This document shows positions 26,930-38,399 of a DNA stretch of 64,000 nt, one piece after another. Source of the stretch: Raillietiella orientalis (lineage: Eukaryota). Position 1 is the first letter of the stretch; each line of letters starts with the position of its first letter. A program made the position numbers and the translations under genes. The stretch covers positions 4,278,001-4,342,000 of the forward strand of contig JAYWIR010000004.1 in NCBI GenBank assembly GCA_036172245.1. Reading direction: 5' to 3'. The notes below the pieces were generated by a model, which worked only from the letters and a program-made list of their open reading frames with translations, ran no database searches and had not been told where the DNA came from.

Positions 26930-28090
26930 CCAACAGTGGTAGAGGAACGATCCCTTGTTTTTATGCCACTTTTACTGGATGTTTTGCGAAAACACAGGAT
27001 AGTTGGCACTGAATTGTTCTCCCCAGCTGTGAAGCTCATGGTAAACCTCCAAAAAACACTCCGATCTGGATATGGAAAGTTGTCAGTTGTCCGTTCTTTG
27101 GAGAAACGCCGCCCCTTGATGATCGCAAGGAATCAGTGATCAGGCTGCAGAAGTTCATCTTGATCATCGAACATACCAATCCGCGGACTTTTCGCGGAAA
27201 TCATTCCGACAGCGAGTCGCCGTTTCAGATCACAACGGAAATGCTACCTGTTGATAAAAGTCTTTGGGATTCAAAGAGCCTTGCGTGTCTTTTTTTTCTT
27301 TTTCTTCTCGACGGATGCAATGCCTAATGCAAACAGACACTTCCGAGCCCAGAAACTTCTTTTTCGAGCTGAAAGTAAAAAAAAAAAAAAAAAAAAAAAT
27401 CCGAGGGAGGAAAGAACGCCTTTTTCTTTCCGTGCTGTGGAATCAAATAAAAAGATAAATGAGAGGATTTCAGACCTGTTGTCAAGGCAGGAGCGCGGTT
27501 CACGGGGAGCAGTTCAATTCTTCACCCCACCACCCCCCAAAAAAAAGATTAACTGTATCGAAGAATCCGCTCTTATCCTTGTCGGGAAACGAAAGCAACA
27601 GAATTACCGTGCCCGTCCAAATTATCGTCATGGCTGGATGGGTAGACACCTACGCACAAGTCGGCTCAAAGAAGCATCCCAGAAGTCCCGGATCAAAGGG
27701 AGACTATGCCTTGACTTGGGCAGCACTGGCTTTGGGAAATTCCGTTCTGCGGAGAACACCTCCGACTCGCCAGCCACAGATTCATTCATGACGTGCGACT
27801 TGACCTTCTGTCTGTGCGGGTAGCGCCTACCGGGGACGGCGCCGAGGGCTTGTGCAGAAGGTACAGGAGAAGGGCTAGGGCGCTACGGTCAACGGGCACA
27901 CTGATAATTGGAACATGATTGCAAAAAGTTACGAAGAGTTCATGACCCAAATCAAGAGAACTGCTCCGAAGCTCCGGGAACTGGTAGACAGACACCGGCC
28001 AGACTACTCAAAGAGCAGGTTCAAAGTTGAAGTCAGGTCCGGTGTGTTAGGGCGACTGTACGGTACAAGCCACGCTGGACTCTGCTTCCC
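26930..28090 (+). pseudogene. Endogenous (+)ssRNA virus RdRp palm (alpha-like supergroup), degenerate
   Basis: EVHL (~27150), WDSKSLACLF (~27265), ISDLLSRQER (27467-27496, motif A D.S.QD), SLSGN..T (~27580, motif B), KGDYAL (27696-27713; GDD with one substitution), TFCLCG (~27810, motif E). Confidence 0.6.
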
Positions 28091-28149
28091 TTCATAGTAT
28101 CCATCATCGGTGTTGGAAGAGGCAAGGCAGAAGGAAGAGATAGAAAATA

Positions 28150-28450
28150 TCCAGGACCGACTGTCCACTCTGCCTCCAAGGGAGTGTGCGCTATCTTAAG
28201 AGCAATTTGGTAAGATCTCTGGACCCCGTGGGATGAAGAAATTTCAAGGGAATTGGAACTGTCAAAAGAGCATGCAAAGCACATCAGACAAGAAATGCTG
28301 TTCTCGCAATGTCTCTGGGATGTGCACTGGAGAAAATATCGAATGGATCACTGTCCCTGATGGAAGAATGTTCGGGAATCGTAGCAGGAATGGAAGAAGA
28401 GACACAGGCAAAGGGTCGAATCCTCCCCCCCTTCATCTGCTATATCCCAC
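28150..28450 (+). pseudogene. Possible phenui-like Gc glycoprotein fragment
   Basis: GVCAILR followed by NCQKSMQSTSDKKCCSRNVSGMCTGEN (ORF 28233-28454); the cysteine spacing recalls the phlebovirus Gc N-terminus. Confidence 0.3.
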
Positions 28451-28569
28451 CTGATACATCATTCTAGACAAAAACCCGAATGACTCTTTGAAAACACCGC
28501 TGCAGTTTTGACAGCAGAAATCGCTGTTTTTTTTTCTCTGTGGAGTAGAGCATGTCATCTATCGCACTC

Positions 28570-29050
28570 AAATAGAATAGATCTTTCCTGAATTTCAACA
28601 TGCAGTTTTCAGAATACGTGGCCCAAAATACTTTCATCCGTCAGTATTTTTAACTCGTGATATCACTAAGTGCCCTGATTGCATATGTACGATTAATAAA
28701 TAAAGTAATAGATGGAACCTTGGAGATAACCATGACTTCTATTAGGGGAATTGCCTCTTGTAGAACATTGTTAATTATGCAGGCGAAAGAGGCCAGCAAA
28801 AAGGCGAGCACAGTTACGAGCGATCTAACACTTCCCGTGATACGAAAACAGATGTCACGTCCATATTTCCTGCAGGATGCATGCAGGAAATAGGGAAGTG
28901 AAGTGAGCGGCAGCCAGTGAGCAATAAATCTTTTGCTTCTGATTAAATTAAGGACTGTTGGATGTCTTTCCGTTGAGGAGATAGGGACCACTGGGCTACT
29001 ACCAATGTTAAGAGCTTCTGGAAGTGACTCCTGAGAAGTTTTGCTTTGAG
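28570..29050 (+). pseudogene. Endogenous Phenuiviridae-like nucleocapsid (N) fragment
   Basis: EFQHAVF (28590; EF.YQGF), SIRG (~28740; L.RG), DLTLP (~28825; ITL.R), IFP (~28865) and SFAS (~28930; SFA.LI) occur in Tenui_N/phlebovirus N order. Confidence 0.6.
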
Positions 29051-30649
29051 CCGTAGGGCGTGCGATGATTCGTTCGGAGTAGTGGAATAAAAGCCTCGAA
29101 GTTGGCGTTCAATTTAGAAACATGATTCCATCAACAATTTCATCCGATGCAGTTGTCTGGAGACGACGTGGGAAACGTAGGTGCAGACGAAGTGGAAATG
29201 GGAGTGAGATGATTTCCCAAGTTCGACCGATGGCTCGAACTCTCATTGTAACAAGCAGCCCCATTAGCCATACGTAAAATGATGGTCAGCATGACCTTTG
29301 TTAAAGTCTTCTCTGTGAAGAACCACCGGCGCAGAAGAAATTATGGTGGTCTCCGTCTGGATGCAAGGGAAACTGCTTAAACCTGTATGTCCCGAGAGAA
29401 ATCAACGGGAGGCGATCGTCCTTACGTGCACCCGCGCCCACCAGGGAACAACTCCCAGCATGAGCTGTGGCACCATCGAGTCAAGCTGCTAAGATCAAGT
29501 CTTGAACAGTGGCAGACTCAAAACAAAGCATTCCAGTCCTTGGAAGGAAAAAGGTTTCGGAAAAGAAATCGGAGAATGAGGAGGTGGTTTTCCCTCACAT
29601 CAAGGAGCGCCGGTCTCGGAACTGTTTTGGTAAATTCCCTCAGAGATGATACTTTTGAGGTCTCCGAAGTGGTCTAACCTATTACCTTAGCGAATGCGCA
29701 GAACTAAATGAGGCGGAATGAAAGGAGACAACCTGTTGCAAGGGTCGTCTTCTAAAATAGTGCATCGTAAGCACTAAAATTTACGACACTTGGTACTTGT
29801 CTAGTTCTTACTTGGACTTGGCAAGTACCGGATTTGGAAGATTCTTGTGGCTCGGGTAACTCGAGCAATCTTCAGTATTCTGGTTGCGTTCATAGGTCCA
29901 AGTCAAAATTGTTCTGAACCTGTCATACCATGGATCTAAATTCCTAATTTGGATTATGGATTAGGGTTCCACCTCTCTGAAAAAAAGCAACGAAGCAACA
30001 GGCAGCATCAGATCTGAACCTTACTATTCCATATCTCAGGTGGCAAACTCAGGAATCGAAAAGTGATCGTTTCTGAAGTCCCATCGATACACAGAATCTT
30101 CTCCATTCATCGAAAGCTTTCTAAATTAATCAGCCATTTTGATAAGATATAAACAGCGAAACATCAAACATAACTGAAGTGGCGCTAAAAGTGGGCATGT
30201 CTACTACATAAGATGACGAACATACGAGTACATAACAGTAGAAGTGGAATGCAACGGAAGCACAAATACTAAAAGTTTAAATCTACCGCAGACTTGAAAC
30301 TTGGAATTTATGAACCTTTTGAAAAGAGACGAAAGAGGATCTTGAATGCAGATTTCGACCTAGGAGCTCCCCTGTTTGCGAGGGCAGCGAGTGGTATCTT
30401 GGTTTCTAAGTGTTGCTATGGAATGAGAAGCTCAGTGTTCAACGCAAGGACCAGAACGCAATCCCGGTCTGCCCGAAAGATTTCCCTTCGTAGATACGTA
30501 ACGAGAGGACTACTTGCTAATCTTCCGTCCTTTCCAAATTTATCATCGTTTATACTTTTTCTAGCAGATCAGTTTATATTTGGGGATGATTGAAGATTAT
30601 CAGGAGGCAAACTTCTGATTAGAAAGGAAGCAAGTTCCGATAGGGATAA

Positions 30650-33600
30650 ATGAACTTCAACTGAAAGGCATTATGGATTACTTCTGATCATTAACGATCA
30701 ACCGTATCATTATCCACAGTCATTCGTGAAATACGGAACGCTGATGAATCGATGCACAGTTCTCTCTTGGCAAAATTCAACTCCATGATTGCAGATTCTT
30801 CGGGCTTCAGCAAGCGATTTCCGATAGAATACATCAAATCTCTGGTGCTCCAAGTGTTAAACTCCTTTCGGGCATCACTTCTGCATTTCTGAGTGGCGAA
30901 AAAACCGACCACACTCTGAATGCATGCCATTGGTTGCTTTACGTCCCACTCTTGAGGATTACTCACTTCATTTCACTTTTCCCCTTTTCTCCGACTGCAA
31001 ATTTAAGCCATGAACACTTTTTAAATCTCTTCTTTCTCTTTCCTAACCGTGAGGGACTAACAGAACATCCCATTTATCCTGTTTGATTGTATTCTAGATT
31101 GCCTTTGTCAGGGCATTCACAAGTGGTCCATGGGCTTGGCTGCAGATGCCGATAAAAGAATCAGACGCAATCAAAACAGATCAAATCAAACGAAATTCGA
31201 AACGTTTTTAGAATTTCCAAATCTATACATGCGCTTAGCACACATGTGCGACCCTTGAATGCATTTGAAAAGCTGACCACAACATGGATATGCGGAAAAG
31301 CAGACTCGGTCTTGTACTGCAATGAGTTTAAAACCAACATAACGGTCAATCATGTATCATTTTATTCTGCTGAGCATTCTCACGACTCTTGAAGGGGAAT
31401 TCCTTTCAAAAGGATGGATTTATTTAAGTCTAAAGAAGTTGAAATTTTGAAGTCTAATACAAAGTGTGAGCAAAAAGTTCCAATACAGCTTCAACCCTTC
31501 TTTTTTTTTGAATTATCAGCTATTAAAACTATGTTTTTATAGAAAGAAGAAGATTATGGGGAATTCTCGAACTTTTTTCGTTTTTTTTGCATCCTATTTT
31601 CTGACAACTTTCCATCGCGGTTCATCAATAGTTCATTTACTTTGAGCATCATCTCGGGGAAAACTATAGAACTAGCTACAAAAAATTGTGCTTTGACTGC
31701 ACCTTAGATGTCACTTTTCTTCGTCGGCAGCTGGGGTCGGTGGTGTAACCTCTCTTCGAATTTTCAAGATTGTGCTCTTCGTGCAACACGCAAGTGAGTA
31801 AGAAAAAGTCTTTCCAATACCTACTGAGACGTGAGCCCTGTGTGACCAAAATTGAAGGGAAAACAGTAAGCGCGTCTTTAATATTGCATGATAAATGTTG
31901 GTTATTTTTCGAATCCCTGAGCATTTCAGCTACCACTACATGCTCTCAAGACCACCCAGGGCTGGGAAAGATATTGCATTCTTACTCCTTTTAGATAATT
32001 TTGATAATGAATAACACTGGACCATTTTCATCCAAAATTTTCCCGGATTACACCTTTTTGATGTTTAGGATGGAGAACAGTTATGGCTTTTAGCAGAAAA
32101 ATGCATCACAAACCATTGCTGTTGTCACTGCTTTATTATTCTGAAGCACATTGAAGACGTTGTCAAACTGTAGTGGAGATTTTCTATCATATGAGTCATG
32201 GAACAACCCGTCATTTTCTGATTTGCCTCGGTGGTATTTTAGAAAAGAGATCTTGGAATTCTTCTTTCCCAAACTATAGGCCTGTTTCATGAACTGTATG
32301 ACCCTTTATGCAAGAACTTATATTTGCAGTTTTGAGGGCTCATTGTGGGATTGTATTATTCCATCATCGCAAGTGAACGAGTAGATTACAGTAGAACACC
32401 TTCATGACATCGTCGTGAATATGACTCATATGCTAACAAATGTTTCAAAAAAATCAAAAAAAAAATTCCAACACTCACTGTTTCCGAGACATTCGGTAGC
32501 TCGTATAATTGGTTTTTTTTCAAAAAAAAAAAAAATAAGCAAATAAATAAATCAAATTTCCATAATGCTCTCTGATGAAGAATTCTAAATAATGGTTGCC
32601 AGAGGGTCCCAGTTGACTTGCTGGTGGTGGAGAACTGAACGATTTGGAGTGAGATTATAGCCCTTACTGCATATTGCTATTGCTCGATGGATCTCATATC
32701 CAAAAAAAACATCAAAACTAATTACCGTAGTGCTTTATAATAATAAAAGAGTTGATGCGTTTGTGAGAAAGGCGTTTGTTTTATTATTTGATATCTCTAA
32801 TGGGATGTTGTTATTCATCATAACTCTCCCTCTTGCTGAATGAAAGAAAATCAGAAGTTTCTTATAGTTATTTTTTTTTTTTTTTAATGCTTTTAATGTT
32901 TTCTAGTTTTGTTCTTAAAATCTGCTCAAAAATTCATCGGACTTGTTTTTCGATGAACTTTGCGGAGCTGCTTTCTCTATTTACTCCCCACTAAACGTGA
33001 AAAACTGAAAACCAAGTTACTACTCTTTTGCAACCAGTAGTAACTTGGTATGGTCCTTGCCTTCCAAATGGTAGAAAGTGTCTCTTAAGAAAACTGCAGT
33101 GGCAAATTCATCACTTTGAAAGTGAAGTGTTGTTTAAGGCTGTAAAGAGTGTTATTATTAAAGAGTTAATTAATGTTTAAATGGATTTTCCAACATAGGG
33201 ATAAGTGTAAAGCAAACAAACGAAGGAATTTGGGAGAGAGATCACCATCTTGGGTACCGTAAATATCTGATTTTTTGCATCTGAACCTCACTGATGTCAA
33301 AAAAAAAAAGACGAAATGACTGTGCTTCCTGCGTACCAATTGAAAGTTCTAAACGGATCCTAAGAGTTATCTAAAATTCATTATTTGAGTAGTCGAAGTT
33401 GCAAGAAGGATGCAAATGTGCACATTTGGGTGGATCCTACTTGAAGATCCTTTCATTATCTCTCTTCTTCGTCGTCTCGCTGTTTGCAGAATCCCTACAT
33501 CCAAAATCATGTGCTCAGCTTTTCTCGGTCTTTTCCTCTGAGATTTTCATTTAAAAATTCACCTTGAGAAGAATTTCAAACACTATAGACTCCCTCCTTC

Positions 33601-34700
33601 TCGAAAATCTCTCAGATGCTTGAAACTTTGAAAAAGAATTTCGCTGAAATGTGGACAGGAGATGCATTGACTGAAGCTTTTAGTCTTTCACAGAATGTGA
33701 GCTAAATGATTTTATGGTATTTTCTCCACATCAAGTTCGCAGCATCTTTGAACACATCTGTTTCCCTTCTGAGTTTTCTCGCATTAATAGAATATGCAAA
33801 CACTCGTACACTTGACTGTTTTTTCCTTTGTGTTATTAGTCACAGAGAATATAATGTTTTCCTTCGCCTGCAACTATTTCCTGGGAATTCACTGACTGAC
33901 TCCTTGATGTTTTCTCTCTATTTCGGAACATCTTATGCGTTTCTCCCCCTTTGCAGCGCCTGCCGTGCTATGTCCTGTTGTAAGTATAGTGGCATCGCAT
34001 GATAGTTACTACAAGTTACACGAGCTGTAAGCAGGGCACTTTGAAAATTCAAATAGCTGTCTATGAGTATTTCAATTCTCTCTGGGATTGAATCGAAGGG
34101 AAAGATTCTTCATAGACAACAGACTGGAAGTGTAAATGGTCTGGTGTTAAATGAGAGGGGACTAACTCATACGGATTTGAATATCACAGCTGGCAACGAA
34201 TAGTAGTAACTTGGTACGTAATGACTGGGTTTGCCTTACAGGACCTTAGAAGAAACTATTGTCTTAAAGAAACCCGGCAAGCGGGAACACTCTATCTTTG
34301 CATCTGACGGTTGAAACCACACCTATCTAAAGTAAAAGGAACACGAACTCCATTGGCTGCGAGTTCGAAAGCTAAAACTTTTTTTTCCAAAGAATGTTGG
34401 CAGTAAGATTCTATTTTTGAGACACAAATGGAGGAAAGTTTCCTTTTCCTTCTTTTGAGGGCAAAGCTAGTGAAACTTGGTCTTCCGTTTTTTACTTTCA
34501 AGAATTACGTTTGATCCGGTTGCCGATTTCAGAAGCAGCTTCTGGTTTCATGGATGCACCTTTACCATCCGACAAATTCGCTTCCTCCATGGAGAATGGG
34601 TTTCCCTTTACAGGAACAAATCATTCAACTTTACAGATCAACATTCGTGTTTGAAATTATTATTTTAAACACAAATATTGATCTGTGAAGTCAACAAGTA
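30650..34700 (-). pseudogene. Second endogenous bunyavirus L core (NWLQG/HSDD type; peribunya/phasma/hanta-like), degenerate
   Basis: Minus strand: FCKQR..REIMKG (~33450-33490), DISE (~33290), D..WKA.DHTK.YW (~33035-33082, motif A), NW..GN.Y..SS (~32570-32616, motif B), HIHDDV (~32407-32425, decayed HSDD), FPALGG (~31955). Confidence 0.72.
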
Positions 34701-34949
34701 TAGGTCAGTGGCTGTGTTACAGTAATCGCTCTAAAGTCCATAGATGGAAGCACTTGATAGATGCAAAAGCACCTGATGGAATTAGGTACCTCAGAGTTGA
34801 TTACCTTTTGCATCCCTATTAGTGGCAATTCAATTTATTTTTTATTTTTTCTGAATGGAAGCGAAGAGTTTCCTGTATTCAACATCTGTGTTTTCAAGCA
34901 GATGGATGGATAATCCACTCTGCTCCAACAATAAATGACAAATGTTTCA

Positions 34950-37900
34950 GCTCCCCTGGGAAAGAAAGAAGATGAATACCTGTCTCCCTTATCCTCTTTG
35001 TCTCCCTGGAGTTTCTTCCTCTTCAATTCCATCTCGAGCTAGCGGGAAAAAAATCATCGAGGTGCCGAAATCTAAAATTCGAGAAAGTCCAGCTTTCGAA
35101 TCCACCAATGAAAGCGCGTCTTCCGCTCGAGGATCAGCACTTAAAACCAGTTCCCATCCTGATGAAAAGTTCTCATGGTGAACCGAGACAGCCTCCTGAA
35201 GTTCATGACTGAGCAGGCAGACAGTGCACCTGTAGACGAGCAGGCAGACGTCAGCTGTGATCGTGCAGTCACTTACTGGTAATAGGAATTTATCGCACAC
35301 GGCAAATCTTGCTGAGTGTCTCTTGACGCCCGTGGACAACTTCCTCCCTCAAAGCGGATCCCTCAACTATTCTGACACATTCACCGTACTGGCTGGATGG
35401 AAAAAGACAGCTTGTGACGTGCGAACGTCTCCACCCCTTGGTTTCTGGCCAGCTAAGATCTGGCGTGGACTCGAAGCTCTAACTCGAGATGGTGGTGCTT
35501 CAGGAGGAGGAGCGAGCTGATGCGCCTGCACTTTCGAAAACTCAACGGCAGCTCCGGGAAGATTCGGTACAGAGGAAGGAGAGAAAATGCTGGATCTTCA
35601 CCCGCACTCCGAAGGAGAGCCTGCACTAGCACAAACACTCGTGGCACTCTTGGTCCGAGACTCAAGAAGAGACAGCAAGATAAGATTTCCCGGCTCCAAT
35701 GGGAATACCAGGAAAACCAGGAAAGAATATCGAGAAAAGGATGGTGTGCTCTGACACTGGGCTTCTCGCCATACGTGCTGGATGCATCGAAGAGTTTGCA
35801 TCCGCACAGCCTCGTCCTGAGTGGAAAACTTGATGACCATTGCTTGATATGAGATGGCATCTTGGGCTTCGTAAGTCACGGGCTTATGAAATAGATCACT
35901 TGACAAAATAGGGGGAACAATCGACACATTGGGAGCTCAAATGTTCCTATTCTTCCCAATCTCCTTCACCTGACGATCATATTGAAGTGATCACCACATC
36001 ACTAAAGAATCTCTGCAGAAGCCGCAGCGCGAGGACTGTGCCACAAATTGTGGTCTTCAATGCTGAGGAATAATGGTATGTTCGATCGGCAAGGAGGAAG
36101 CCAGAGATGGGTCATGGAGGCTGGCTCTCCAGTTGGAGGAGGGCAATCACAAGCACGCGGGAAACTGACAGTTGGCTAAGGTAACTCGTACTTAAGCTTA
36201 GTGTAGGGTACTTGTCACCACCCAGTACCGGCTGCAAGGACTAGTTGTCTGCCTTCTTTGGAGTGGTTATTCCACTCTTAGCGGCATTTATCCACCCTCA
36301 CTGTAGTTGAGTAGCCCTACACACACGCATATCTATCGTCCGAAATTCTGACTACAGCATGAACATCCTGAAGGATTGCTGCGTTTTGGTCCTCTATCAA
36401 CCCTTATCATAATACTGACGGGTGCACTTTCACCAGCCACGGGGGCTGGCCTGGACTATCACCTAGCGGATGGCCAGGACAATGGACCGAGTGCACAGGT
36501 GCTAGATGCTGGAATATGCTTCCATGCATTGCATCTCATCCGAGTGCAGCCACGGCACCAGAATGCCAGAAGCCGACTGGCGAACAGACACCTCGTCACT
36601 TTTTGACTTTCTTTCCTCCCGGAGCACCTTAGAGGTCCTTTCAAAGATGGGTAATCATCCGGTTACTCGGTTCTGGAGAACTGGTTCAAGCCAGAGGCGA
36701 GAGTCTATCCACATCAGTTGCTGCTAGTAGGCATTCTACCCGGGGGGATTCCTTTCCCTCCGTGCGCCCTCCCACGAATCGCGCTCAAAATTCAGACGCA
36801 AAAGGATGCGGAGAAAAAAACACTTCCAGTCGGTTGAGAATCCTTGACTCGGAGAGTGAGAGTGATGGAGAGCTCTTCCTGACTCCCCTAGAAGTTCGCG
36901 AAAGGTGAATCTGGGATTTCGCCAAAGGCGGACATCCGCCGTCAAGACGAATGTCAAAAGAGCATTTTCTTTTTTTTCTTTCCCTAGGGGTTTGATCTTC
37001 GGCTATCTACCCAATTGGATCGAAGATGCCACGAGGGAAGCATCTTCGTCGCTTTAGCATCTTCGATTTGGTGATCTTTATCATCGGAGCTCATCTTTCA
37101 GGCCACGTTCTGGATCTACGCTGTCAGGCCGTTTTCAATTTATGCATCGAAGGACTAGTTGACCTCGGAGGCAGTGCTCTGCGGATAGTAAGTTTCCGGA
37201 AATTGCAATCCACCCTCAACAAAGACAGGATCCCCTCTCTCTCGTGCGAGATGAATGAGCTAAGATCGACCAGATGAAACCAGGCTGAGGTTTACATCAC
37301 GCGTGCATCACGGAGAGATGATGGTACTCTGTTGAAAAATAAGAATCGTCATCTCGGGTCCTTCTTGGTGCTTGGACAACGGCTCTTGCGTGGGAAAAGC
37401 AGCTTTTTCGTCTGCAACGATTCTCCCGTTGGCAAAACGGAAAAGTTAGTCATTAAGGGACTGCTTACGCTTCAGAGGGTTTATCTGACATCATCCTAGA
37501 AGGCTCCTGTCGCCACGCTCCTTGGTTCCCCTTGGTCTCTGAGGTGATTACGTTGACAGTTTGGATTTCTTTCGACGGAATGAATCATGGACCGTACTGT
37601 TCGAGGGCAGCGGCGACAGAGAGACGTTTTAATAGCCAAACCTGACCAGGGCAAAGACATTGGATGCATCGCCCTGCATCCCGCGTCCATGTGCTTTCTA
37701 GAGAACTGCGACATGATTCGCTTCTGCAATTGGCGCTTCATTCACCGTGCCAGGCTCAACCAGCTCCCTACTAGAGAGAATGGCGAGAGGCCGGGTTTCC
37801 ATGAGTGCTGCAGACAGTGAGTGCCTTTAGGTCAAAGAGACACTGCCACACGTGCTCTGCCATTGTATCAAGCATCGGGCCAATCACCGACAGGAATAAC

Positions 37901-38345
37901 GCCGTCTTGGATGCTCTCGTACCATACTTAAGGAGCAAATGGCCAATGGTGGCAATCGACAAAAGTGATCCCCACATGAACAGTTTCCTCCGGCCAGGCA
38001 TTGTAGTGGCTGATGAATCCCGCATCACCATAGTGGACGTAACCATCCCCTTTGCGTTCGACGACTCCAGGCAGCGGAAGATCACCAGGTAGCAGGGCGT
38101 CAAGAGAGAATATGAAGACCAAGGCTTCTATGTGGACGTGGAGGCCATCGTCATCGGAGCTTACGGAGCTTGGCATCCGAAGAATAACGCCGTCCTGAGA
38201 TACTTGGGACTGAGCAGGCACCAAATAAAGGCCTTACGTTCCAGAATGATCTGTTCAGTCATCCAGGCATCACTCGATATCTTCTATCACCACACCACGG
38301 ATGGCACAACCAACCATGCAACAACGTGGAAATCCCAAGGCTAGT
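34950..38345 (+). mobile_element. Degenerate RLE-type non-LTR retrotransposon (NeSL/Utopia/R2 group)
   Basis: APG..IRY (~35550), GFSPY..GC.E (~35760), LDM..G.VSH (~35845), KPDQGK..RFCNWRFIHRARLN (37638-37760), HCH..RNNAVL, LRPGIVV..IVDVTIPF..K (RLE PD..D..K motif), and IVIGAYGAWHPKN (~38150). Confidence 0.9.
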
Positions 38346-38399
38346 GTAGCCCTTCTTCTTGTCCCGCGAACCAGGTAACCTGCTCGAACTTTGAAACTC

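Noticed and set aside
35441..35460. gtttctggccagctaagatc resembling the U2 snRNA 5' end
   Set aside because: Short, gapped, lies inside the retrotransposon coding remnant, and no further U2 structure follows.
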